DNA of 64,000 bases from Alphaproteobacteria bacterium (lineage in GTDB: Bacteria; Pseudomonadota; Alphaproteobacteria; MPNO01; UBA830). Below are positions 18,966 to 28,408 of the stretch, in pieces. Position 1 is the stretch's first letter, and each line of letters begins with the position of its first letter. Where the stretch lies: the NCBI GenBank assembly GCA_965243135.1, contig OZ251539.1:2816001-2880000 (forward strand). Direction: 5' to 3'. The notes under the pieces were generated by a model. The model had not been told where the DNA came from. It ran no database searches and was given only the letters and a program-made list of their open reading frames with translations. The position numbers and the translations under genes are program-made.

Positions 18966-21220
18966 TAACTTCAGACCTCCTGACATCGCGTAAATTCAAT
19001 TTTCCAGCAGGGGTCCCTCGAACGCCAGTTTCAGCCCGGTGCCGGGGTAGGCATGGCCTTCGCGAGTGGTCATGGCACAGAGTTCCCGAAGCGCCTTGTT
19101 GAAGCGGGGCTGCGACATGGAATGGAAGCGCACGGTGAGGCATCCGTCACCCGGGACGAGGTCGGCCGGGGTTCGAAACAGGGTTTGGAGAAAGGCGCGG
19201 CCTTCGTCCTCGCTCCGGTTCAGCAGCGGACCGAGGGGAGCGAGCATCGCGCTTTCCGCCCGGTAAGCCGCCATCCTGACGAGGTCGGTGAAGATCTTCC
19301 GCTCGGGTTCGAGTCTGACGATCTCCTCCTCGTCCATGGTTTCCTTGACAGGCACTCTTTCCGGCAGGGTTTCCAGGCGCGCCTCGCATTCCTCGATCAG
19401 GACTTCGAGTTCCTTGATGCGTTCTTCCGGGGATGCCTTGCCGCTCCTCGCGGTTCTGCCTTTCTTTTCGTCCTTCCACTGCTGTTTCCGGATGCGCCCG
19501 ATCTTCGCTTCGAGGCTTTCGATCCGCGCCTTGCATTCCTTGTACGGCGGGTTGGGGATTATCCGTTCGGGGTCGGCCGGCTCGGTCTCGTAGGTGCAAA
19601 GATGGTCGAGCGCGAACTCGTGCCGCATGTAGCGAAAGTAATTCTCCTGGTTCCAGCGGGCGAACATTCGCGAGGCGACCTCGACGGTCGGCAGGTCCCG
19701 GCGGGTCGTCACGGTCTGATGGCCGTTGTCGCACAGCCGCCGCACCTCGCGCATCTTGAACCTTTTCTCGCCGAGACCCGTCTCCCGTTCGGCCAGCCGG
19801 TAACGGACGCCGGACGCGGGGTCCTCCACCGTCGTGAAGCCTTCCTCCGGCCAAGGGGAATAATGGCCCTTCCGGTAGGTCATGACATCGACGCCTTCCG
19901 CCGCCCAGCGCCGGAACGTTTCCGGGCTCCAGCCCTCGCGATCGAAAACGACGGTCACGCGCCCCTCCTTTCGTATCCGCGGCAGGACATCCCTGTCCAG
20001 CGCCTGCAGCAGGCCGTCATTGGCCTCCATGGAAACGAAGAACCACGGCTGCGCCCGAGCGTCGTTGACCCAGGTGTCGGTCGTCGCCGGCATGCACAGG
20101 CGCCGACGCGGCACGAACGTTTCGGGAAGGCGGTGCTTGCGTCCGTGGTAGGGTCGCACATGTCCGTCGACGTACAGGAAGCCGAGTGCTTCCGGCTCGG
20201 CCTCCGCCCACCGTCGGGTAAACGCTTCGGCCAGTCGCCGCGCCAGACCGCGCCGACCGACCTCCTTCAGCTTGCGGCGCAGCGTCTTCATCTCCGGAGC
20301 CCGGTCGAGACCGAGCAGCAGGCCCAGCTCTCCCGGGGCATGGCCCTTCAGTTGTTCCGCGTTCCTGATGCGCAGCAAGGCCATGAAGGCCAGCGTCAAC
20401 AATATGCTGCGCAAGCCGAAGAACCCCTTCTCAAGCTGTCCGTAAACCTCCTCCGTAACCTCGACCAGCCCCTCGTGCAGCAGCGCCGGCAACGCCAGCA
20501 AGACACCCGCGCCGGGCACCGATTCCGCCGCCTCGAAACGCGTCGAGGCCTCGGCGAGTTCTCCCACGCTCGCAAGCACCCGTTCCTCGACCCGCTTGAC
20601 CGCGACGCCGCCTTCGCAGCGCCCGTCCGTCGCGGACCGCACCGATGGCTGCGTTCCCGGACCCTGCCGCCGGTCCGCGCGCAGGGTCCCCTGCCGCAGG
20701 GCATGGCGGATCGTCCCCTCGGTCACGCCCGCGGCCTTCGCCGCCGCAACTTGCGACCGCCCTTCGTCGAGTGCCTCCTGTGCCCGTTGCAGTGCCAGCT
20801 CCGTCAGCTTGTACCCTCCGCGCGGTCCGCGCTCTTTGGCGAAGGCCGCCACGTTGCGGGACCGGTAGGCGTCCCGGTTGCGACGGATGGTGAGGCGGGA
20901 AACGCCGAAGACGCGCGACAGCGCCGCCACCGTCGCCAGCCCGAGGTCGCCGAGCAAACCCTGCGCCAGACGCAGGCCCGCCTTGTCGTCTTCCGCGCAG
21001 CGATAAATCGGGCCGCCCGGATTGAAAAACTCAAGATGTCCATCGTCGCGGACACAGGCCAGTCTGTCGCTGATCACGGTCGCATTTTCGGGCAGGACGG
21101 CGAGGCGGGACTGGAACATGGTATTCTCCAGAAAGTGGTACATTCTAATTTACGACGCCCTGGAGAAAAGTCAAGCAAAATCTTCAAGTTCCGCATACCA
21201 TGTCAGGAGGTCTGAACTTG
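18966..21220 (-). mobile_element. Insertion sequence of about 2.25 kb carrying the 715-aa transposase
   Basis: 17-bp inverted repeats TTCAGACCTCCTGACAT (18970-18986) and ATGTCAGGAGGTCTGAA (21200-21216); inserted in IS66-A tnpC; exact ends approximate. Confidence 0.8.
18996..21143 (-). CDS. Intact large DDE transposase (HTH plus DDE domain with IS4-like RWxxENxF motif)
   Basis: LYVDGHVRPY, VFDREGWS, RWNQENYFRY; no frameshift over 715 aa. Confidence 0.85.
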   Translation of the reverse strand: MYHFLENTMFQSRLAVLPENATVISDRLACVRDDGHLEFFNPGGPIYRCAEDDKAGLRLAQGLLGDLGLATVAALSRVFGVSRLTIRRNRDAYRSRNVAAFAKERGPRGGYKLTELALQRAQEALDEGRSQVAAAKAAGVTEGTIRHALRQGTLRADRRQGPGTQPSVRSATDGRCEGGVAVKRVEERVLASVGELAEASTRFEAAESVPGAGVLLALPALLHEGLVEVTEEVYGQLEKGFFGLRSILLTLAFMALLRIRNAEQLKGHAPGELGLLLGLDRAPEMKTLRRKLKEVGRRGLARRLAEAFTRRWAEAEPEALGFLYVDGHVRPYHGRKHRLPETFVPRRRLCMPATTDTWVNDARAQPWFFVSMEANDGLLQALDRDVLPRIRKEGRVTVVFDREGWSPETFRRWAAEGVDVMTYRKGHYSPWPEEGFTTVEDPASGVRYRLAERETGLGEKRFKMREVRRLCDNGHQTVTTRRDLPTVEVASRMFARWNQENYFRYMRHEFALDHLCTYETEPADPERIIPNPPYKECKARIESLEAKIGRIRKQQWKDEKKGRTARSGKASPEERIKELEVLIEECEARLETLPERVPVKETMDEEEIVRLEPERKIFTDLVRMAAYRAESAMLAPLGPLLNRSEDEGRAFLQTLFRTPADLVPGDGCLTVRFHSMSQPRFNKALRELCAMTTREGHAYPGTGLKLAFEGPLLEN

Positions 21221-21347
21221 TGGCCGACCCACTTCCGGGCGAACGGCGCGAGGTTCGGGTAGCCGGTCTCAAGGTTGACGAAGTCGCGTCTGGCATGGGC
21301 CCAATTATGTTGAATTCAACATAACTGGGCTTATGTTGCGGATCCAG

Positions 21348-21696
21348 TTATGTTGCGGAGGAGCGCTAACGGCTTGAAAAGTAATGGAACCCGACGCATT
21401 TCCGCAACATAATATTTCGCAATCACAGTGCATCAAGAAAGGCCGTCAACCTTTTGTTCTCTTTCCACGAGCGAACCGATTCTGCGCAATGCCTGAGATA
21501 GTTCAGGCGTTCCTCAAGCAGCGGTGCGGCGCGAGGCTATGGCGCCGTGATCGACAAACAGATCCTCGAACATGGTCGTATCTCCTTGTGGTCGGAGACA
21601 TGACCACGGCAAACGAATGCGAGTCGAAATATTATGTTGCGGAAATGCGTCGGATTTTATTGTTTTTCAGTACGTTGCAACCAATCCGCAACATAA
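21348..21696 (-). mobile_element. Internally deleted RIT (recombinase-in-trio)-like mini element
   Basis: Inverted ends TTATGTTGCGGA / TCCGCAACATAA with internal inverted CCGACGCATTTCCGCAACATAATATTTCG. The minus strand has an AAGGAG RBS and MFEDLFVDHGAI...LEERLNYLRHCAES (RitA-like N-terminus) joined to WKENKRLTAFLDAL* (RitC-like C-terminus). Confidence 0.6.
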
Positions 21697-21706
21697 CTGG
21701 ATCAGT

Positions 21707-24380
21707 GTAAGCGTTCGCTACCCGGGTGATGGTCCGCAATTGAGGATCTTCTTCCAGTCCCGCCGCAGGGGCTTCAGCCAGATATCCTTGACCGGCAGCG
21801 CATACTCGTTTTTCACGTCGAGCTTGCCGCGGCCCTGCGTTTTACCGACCCGGATCCAGTTGGCCGCACAGTAGCAGGTTCCTTCGAAGCGCTGCGTTTC
21901 GCAGAAGGTCTCGAGCAGGACTGGACGCAACGCGTAGCGGCGGTCCCAGTCGTCGGGCAAACGTCGCTGGACCTGTGCGAGGATATGGGATGCAAGGTGT
22001 CTGATTCTGACCCAGGGCAGTATGAGGAATCTTGCGTTGTTGACGACGAAGGGCAGATTGCGCCGACGACATTCGGCATCCCAACCGCTGTCCCGTGGCG
22101 CAATCTTCCACGCGGCGGCGCCGAAGCCGAGCACGGCCAGCGGTTCGCCCTCCGCGGAGCGGACGAAGTACCGAATCTGTGCGCCGGGCATGGGCGTGAA
22201 GCCGAGGTAATGATAGCGGTCGATGAAGGCGTTCCAGAGACGGCCCTCGCTGGCGTTGCGGATAGGTTCGCAAAGGACGGACCTGATCGAGACGTTCGGG
22301 GGGTGGGAACGGGGGCGGCTCGGTTTCGGGAGACGGCGGAGCGGCGAACGCGGGCGGACCGGAGCTGCGACGGCGGCAGAACGACGAGGCCGTCGCGTTC
22401 CATCCGCAGCAGGGCGACGCGAGCGCTCATATCTTTCAAGCCGCCGTTGGGCTTGCGCCAGTCGAGGCGTTCGCACAGGATGCGCGACAGGGGCGTGCGT
22501 TTGAGAGGCGGATCCCGTTGCGCGGTCGCGGCTGAGGTCGGCTTCCGAGAATTTCCGCCCGCAATACCGGTAGCTCACGGTCCTTGCGGAAGCTGGTTGC
22601 GCCAGGCGCGGACGCGGCCCGGGTCCGCACCCCAGGGAAGCCAGGCATGCGCCTCTTCGGGCGCTCGTCCGCCACGTTCGGCGCAGGCTTGCAGATAATC
22701 GCGGAGCCAGTGGCGCGGCGAGAGGCCGGCCAGTTCGAGCGTACCGAACACGGAGAAGAGCAGCCCGGCCAGTTGCGCGCCCGCCTCGCTGAACGAGCCG
22801 AACGAGAGCTTGCGCCCAACGGCCGCGCCGCGCAGGGCGCGCTCGGCAAGATTGTTGTCCATCGGCACGGCTGTCGACGAAGACCTCCAAGCCTTGACGC
22901 AACAAGGACTGCAACGGCTTGCGCTGCGGCGCGTCCTCCGGCAGGTCGTCGAGTTGCCGCCTCGCGTCGTCGAAGAATGTGTTGCTCTCAAGCTCCCGTT
23001 GCGCCTCGTCAAAGGCGGCGGTTTGTTCGCTCGCTCCGGGGAGCCAGTGCCGCGACCGCTCGGCATTGCAACCATACAGAGCCGCGATCTTAACTACCCA
23101 CTCATCGCCGAAAGACTTCATGTCGGGGCGCCCGACTCCGATGTCCATGAAGTCGCGGCGCACATGCGCCCAGCAGTAAACGAGCACGAACTGGTCCGGC
23201 AGATCCTTCGCCAGCTTCTTGTAAGCGGAGTACCGGTCGCGATATACCGGCTCGTCGACACCGAGGCCTCCGAACAACTTCTGCGCCGCCGCTGCGCTGC
23301 GGGAAGGGTCGATGATCATCCTCACGGCGTCCGGGGTCTGGCAAACCCAAAGCCAACTGCGGGGATTGTCGCCTTCCTCGCCGCGGACGTGAACCCTCCA
23401 GCTCGTCTCGTCGCCGTGAGCTAGCCGCTGCCTGATGTTCAGCAATAGCATCGCCGAGCGGCGCGAACAAGGGAACGAAGCGCTTGACGCTGTCCCCCAG
23501 CGTGCCCGGCGCGACCTCGAAGTCGAACATCGACAGCTGTCGCGGTACAGATCGCAACGGACGGTGCAGGGCGTAAGTCTCGGTCAGAAACCAGTTCCAG
23601 ACGCTCAGGCCGTACGGCGTGTTCGCGAACAGCCGCGGGGCCGGCGGCACCTCCTGCTTCGGCGCGCACGAGCATGTCGAGCGGTACCGGGGCCGGCGGC
23701 AACGCCGCTTGTAGGCGCGAACCTCGACCTCGACGAACTCGGTGACCTTTTCTCCGTTTCTCGCGTAAGGCTTGCCGCAGTTCGGGCAGCGGCATTCCTC
23801 AGGTTCAATGACCTCTACCTCTACCGGCAAATCCTCGCGCGGCGTGCGTCCGTGCGACGACGACCCGGGCTGTCGCCCCCGACGCCGCCGGGCCTCTCGT
23901 TCCGCGCCGTCCTTCCGCGAACGTCGGGTGCGCTCGCTCTTGCGACCGAACTTGTCCTGAACAAGCTTGCGGTTGCGCGCCGCGGGCGTTCTCGCGTTCG
24001 CTCTCGTCGAGTCGCTTCCCCAACTTCGCAAGATCGTGCCGAAGGCGGCCCGTTTCCCGCTCAAGCTCGTTCATCGAGGAGGCCGACTTCAGGCGCTTCA
24101 GCTCGTTGCGCAACGCCTCCGCCCCGCGCCCGACCGTGCTGCGCCTTCCAGAACGTCGCCTGCTGACGAGCGCTTACCTCCTTCCAGCGCGACGCTTCCG
24201 CTTCCTGGCGCGCCTCGTCCCGCTGCCCGAGGGTTATTGCCAGCAGCAAGGCCCACTGTCGGTCGGTCGCTTCAAAGCAAAAATCTGGTGTCGCCAACTC
24301 CATGAAGGCGCAGGGGTCAGCGAATCGTTTCCAGTCCCCGGGGCAAATTTTTTTTCGTCCCCCGGGTAGCGAACGCTTAC
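21707..24380 (-). mobile_element. IS66-family element B: frameshifted tnpC plus DUF4338 gene
   Basis: Perfect 20-bp TIR GTAAGCGTTCGCTACCCGGG; CPNCG, HGDETSW, DRYSAY, CWAHVRRDF, DNNLAERALR; DUF4338 at 21718-22578; ACTGGATC at 21696-21703 and 24381-24388 (imperfect TSD, 3 extra bases on the left). Confidence 0.9.
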
Positions 24381-25815
24381 ACTGGATCCGCAACATAAGC
24401 CCAGCAATATGAAAGGACGATGCCCCCGTCCATGTCGCGCGCCAGTTTCCGGTAAGCGGAGTAACGGTCGCAGACCAGGTAAGCCGCCTGCTCGGGCGAG
24501 CCGAGGCCCCCGAACAGTTCGCGGGCGGCTTCCGCGCTGCGCGACGGCGATGGTGCGCGTCGCGTCTTGGGACCGGGCGATCCAGGCGCGGGCGCTGCCG
24601 CCGTCTTTCTCGCCCAGTTCCCGTCCACCCCGTTTCGTCGCCGTTGACGACCGGAGCTTCCCACAGACGCCGGGAGATCTCTTCGTCGAGTTGCCAGCGG
24701 CAGCAGGCGTCGCTGCGCGTCCGCCAGTGTGCCGGGCGCGAGCCCGTGCTGGCGCAACGCGCGGCAGACCGAACGCAGCGGACGGTGCTGCCCGAACCTT
24801 TCCGCCAGGACGAACGCCCAGACGGACACTCCGTATCGGGTGAAACACCCGCTCCGGGGCCGGACCGACGACCTCCTTTTCCTGCCCGCAGGCGCAGGCC
24901 GGGCGCAGGACGTCGAACATGCCGAACGCGATCCTGTACTCGAGGGTGTACGTCTCGTTGTAGCCGTTCGAGACCCAGGCCTTGCCGCAGTTCTTGCACT
25001 TGCAATCGTCCGGGACCGAATCCTCCTCGCGGACAGGCAGGTCCGGAAACGGCGTGCGGCCGTGCGACGGCGTTCCCGAACGTCGCCCCCGGCCCGGAGG
25101 CTGTGGGCGGCCGCTCGCTGCTGCGCCCGTACAGATCCCGAGCGAGCCTGCGGTTGCGGGCTTTCACGTTCTCTACGCCGCTCTCCGCAGCTTCCGGCTT
25201 CGCCAGCGACGCTCCGCATCTCTTGGCCAGCGCCCGGTCGCGCTCTTCAATCTCCCGGGCGAGAACCGCGTTCTCCGAGGGCCGCGTTCTCCCGGTCGCG
25301 CCCTGCAATCTCCCGGAGGAGCGCCGCGTTCTCCTGGACGAGAGCCGCGTTCTCCCGGAGCAACGACGCAAGTGGAGTCTGACCGTCGCTCGACAGCTCG
25401 GTTCCGAGGAGTGCGCCTGCAGATTCGAACGCCATGGCGTACAAGAACTACAATCCGGTTTCCAGCTAAAAATTTTGTCCGGCTGGACAGGCCGCTCCGC
25501 CCGCGAGACGCCGCGCCAAAGCCTGTTGCCGGGCTACCTGCCAGGCGTGGCGCGCCGCCGCCGTACCCGGCAGGCCGAACCCGGGACCGAAGACGGCTCC
25601 TCAAAAAAATAGATCGTCACTTGACGAGCGAACGCTTACGAAATCTGAAGCCATCAAAAAGGACAATAAAAGCGACATCAATTACCGTGAATGCTCATAC
25701 TTCATGGCATACTGACCTTAGCGCGGGTATTGTTGGCACCCAACAAGTCAGCGCTTATGGGAGGCCGTACCCACCAGAAGAAAGCGTCTTTCCACGGCGC
25801 ATTGAGCTACGCCAG

Positions 25816-26523
25816 TTAGCCTGACGGACACAAATTGCGGATCCACCCGCTTACCGAATCGCACCCGCACCACATCAGCGGATCTATGATCGAAAGATCT
25901 GGGATCGGCATGAATGTTCCGGTCTCATATCTCACTGGCCGATGTTCGTGAAAGCTCAAGCGGATGCCTTCCGCCTCAAATTGCGTAGCATCGAACAAAC
26001 CTCTTCCACCGGACGCGTTTCTATATTCAGCGGCCCCTAGCGCTTTTGAAACGAGTAACCCCCATTCGCCCGCAGCGGCGCGTTTCGGCAAATCGAGCCC
26101 CAGTTCGCTCAGCCGCTCGATTCGAGTGCTAATCCCGAAATGACGGCAGATCACCCGCAGGCCCCATGCGTTGAGATCGGCAAACGTCACATGATCTGGT
26201 GCCAGAATTTCGTCTACCAGTGCACAGATATCGACGTAGAATGGAGCCTCGCCAGCGTAGACCGTGAGCCGTCTCTTCACCCCCGTTCGCCAGCTGTCAG
26301 TGCCGAATCTAGCAGCGAATACCGGATTCAGGCTCGCTCTCTTGGCCACGGGAACGGAGAGGTAACTCCATTTCGTATCTCGATTGATGATTCGGTTTCG
26401 ACTCATCCAAGATTTGCGGCGAAAGAGCACTGTGTCGAAGATCACCCATTGATCGCAAGCTGCAACAAGTCTGAAGTGTTCGAGATAAGGAAAAAAATAA
26501 GGTTGCATTAATCCGAGGATCAT
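25816..26523 (-). CDS. WbqC-family protein
   Basis: MQPYFFPYLEHF, WMSRNRI, YRNASGG, LSIID signature. Confidence 0.85.
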   Translation of the reverse strand: MILGLMQPYFFPYLEHFRLVAACDQWVIFDTVLFRRKSWMSRNRIINRDTKWSYLSVPVAKRASLNPVFAARFGTDSWRTGVKRRLTVYAGEAPFYVDICALVDEILAPDHVTFADLNAWGLRVICRHFGISTRIERLSELGLDLPKRAAAGEWGLLVSKALGAAEYRNASGGRGLFDATQFEAEGIRLSFHEHRPVRYETGTFMPIPDLSIIDPLMWCGCDSVSGWIRNLCPSG

Positions 26524-26694
26524 GGCGCTCTCACCGTCGACAATAATGTTGCCTGCAGAAAATGGTCCGCGATTGTAGAAAGATCAACATTCATCCGCAT
26601 GCCCTCGTAGATTGATGTCAAGTGCAAGAAACTCCCATGCAGGCCGGAATCCGGATTTGAAAATCCATGTACCGGATAATTTTCGCAAACTCTA

Positions 26695-27393
26695 TCACCA
26701 AAAAATTTTCGCGTCAAAACGATAATGACTCCAGTATAACCCTGGTTGATCGATCAACTTGCAACGAAGCCCGAACTCATCGCATAGCGCAATCAAATCT
26801 CTACGATCCCACCAATGACCTATTTGCTCCGTGCCTTCGGCTAAACGTCTTTCGTAATACGTCCATCTTTCGTGCGTATTATAGAATGCTTTTTTTCTTG
26901 AATTATCAGGAATCCCGCCAACAAAATAGATCAAATCATGTCCGATTTGATCGATCAATCTGCCGAACAGGTCGCTCGTCTCTTGAGTGGTCAGATGCTG
27001 CAGCACTCCATAACTGTAACATTTTTTTACCCCATTGATGGGAAGCGGTTGTAGCCGAGCGATATCTCCCAAATGATAACTGCAGTTCGCACGAGCGTAG
27101 TTAGCTTGAGCGGTTCTGATCATACCATCGGAAATGTCGATACCAACGATCTGGGCAACCTTAGCCGCAATCTGCGCCGTAATCAAACCGTTTCCACAGC
27201 CAAGGTCGGCCACGATGTCATGGGGTGAAAGGTCTAGATTTGTGGCGATTACATCTGCAATCTTGTCTATATAGTAATGTGCGACTGGATGACCTAACAC
27301 AGTCATGCCGACCTGGCTGAGAGCTTCATCTGTAGTAAGAGAAAATCTGGGCCTGGTTTCACGCCAATATTTTCGCCAATTTTGCATCCTCAT
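26695..27393 (-). CDS. Class I SAM-dependent methyltransferase
   Basis: VADLGCGNG, GIDISDGMI, YGVLQHL; AGGGAGG RBS. Confidence 0.85.
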   Translation of the reverse strand: MRMQNWRKYWRETRPRFSLTTDEALSQVGMTVLGHPVAHYYIDKIADVIATNLDLSPHDIVADLGCGNGLITAQIAAKVAQIVGIDISDGMIRTAQANYARANCSYHLGDIARLQPLPINGVKKCYSYGVLQHLTTQETSDLFGRLIDQIGHDLIYFVGGIPDNSRKKAFYNTHERWTYYERRLAEGTEQIGHWWDRRDLIALCDEFGLRCKLIDQPGLYWSHYRFDAKIFW

Positions 27394-27403
27394 CCTCCCT
27401 TTA

Positions 27404-28408
27404 TTATCTCCGATATCTAAATATATGCCGAAACCTCCCCGACAAACGTCTGAGTGTCGACAATCCGGCTCCCTCACCCTCACCTGTGTCAAGAAAAGGA
27501 TACGTTCCGCCTGTTGCTTCATATACGCTCCGTCTAAAGATTTCGTTAGATCCTTCCAAGGTCATATTCAAAAATGAAGAAAAACATTTTACACCCGCGA
27601 ATATCTGATGCCTATCAAATTTGTCTGTCCTCAAATAATGAAGAAATTTGATGTCTCTCATGTCCTCTGGATACATGCTGTCCGCTATGGGGTCGTTTGG
27701 ATAATTATACTTCATAGGCAAACAAGCCGTTGGTAAGTTTAGCTCTTTGCAAACAAGTGGAACGGTAATTTGCTCCGTAAACCAGCTTTTTGTCATTTCA
27801 TATACTCTGGAGCGGAGTTGGATCGCACGGGAATGGAATTCCTTCAATAAGTCAGGCGTTCCAATAAACACGCCATAGTTGATGTAGAATGGGCATTTAC
27901 CCCCATCGTTGCCGGCACATAAGGAATACCGATACGGCAGTTCAATGTCTTTTCCGATAATGGTTTTGGAAACCAAAAGCCAATCCATTTCCGGATTGCC
28001 TGTCAACTTGTCTCCGTGGGCAAAATGGTAGTGAGCGATTACTCCAGAGATAGCGGGCTTCGATCCCAGCTTCTTTATCAGCTCATCGAACGGAGTTAGA
28101 ATGGCTACGTCGGCATCGCATAAAATCGCTAAATCCGCATCGGGTCTAACTAGCTCAAAACGACGATAATGCCTTCTGTAGAACAGAGGATCGATTTCCG
28201 CCGGTGAATTATCCCATTCTATTTCTATATTTTCGAAATATCTCTTCCATTTTTTCGGAATATTCCTCGCGTGATGGTCACCAAAAACCGTCACCAATCG
28301 CGCATCCCGATATGCTCCTCCAAGCTTATCTAGACACAATCGAAAAAATGCGATCTGGGAAAAGAAAGAATCTGTCGCACTTCCGCACAAAAGAAAATCC
28401 AACTTCAT
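27404..28408 (-). CDS. Putative GT-A fold glycosyltransferase (GT8-like)
   Basis: LCDADVAI (DxD), INYGVF, EQI, YNYP, FLHY; operon context. Confidence 0.6.
   Translation of the reverse strand: MKLDFLLCGSATDSFFSQIAFFRLCLDKLGGAYRDARLVTVFGDHHARNIPKKWKRYFENIEIEWDNSPAEIDPLFYRRHYRRFELVRPDADLAILCDADVAILTPFDELIKKLGSKPAISGVIAHYHFAHGDKLTGNPEMDWLLVSKTIIGKDIELPYRYSLCAGNDGGKCPFYINYGVFIGTPDLLKEFHSRAIQLRSRVYEMTKSWFTEQITVPLVCKELNLPTACLPMKYNYPNDPIADSMYPEDMRDIKFLHYLRTDKFDRHQIFAGVKCFSSFLNMTLEGSNEIFRRSVYEATGGTYPFLDTGEGEGAGLSTLRRLSGRFRHIFRYRR

Larger units (their letters stand above)
17664..25639 (-). mobile_element. IS66-family element A (tnpC plus DUF4338) containing three nested insertions
   Basis: About 40-bp terminal inverted repeats GTAAGCGTTCGCTCGTCAAGTGACG.TCTATTTTTT; tnpC pieces NGDETGW, CDRYSAY, LSYCW|AHARRDF, PMDNNAAERGLR; DUF4338 at about 17700-18495. 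Confidence 0.8.

Noticed and set aside
19053-21215. 720-aa plus-strand ORF
   Set aside because: Antisense shadow of the transposase in GC-rich DNA; no motifs.
21314-21341. Chromosomal dif site
   Set aside because: It sits inside an IS66 gene within nested mobile DNA and both arms are XerD-like; better explained as RIT-type ends.
21718-22578. DUF4338 genes as a Druantia defence system
   Set aside because: No other dru genes are present; every copy lies inside IS ends and is frameshifted.
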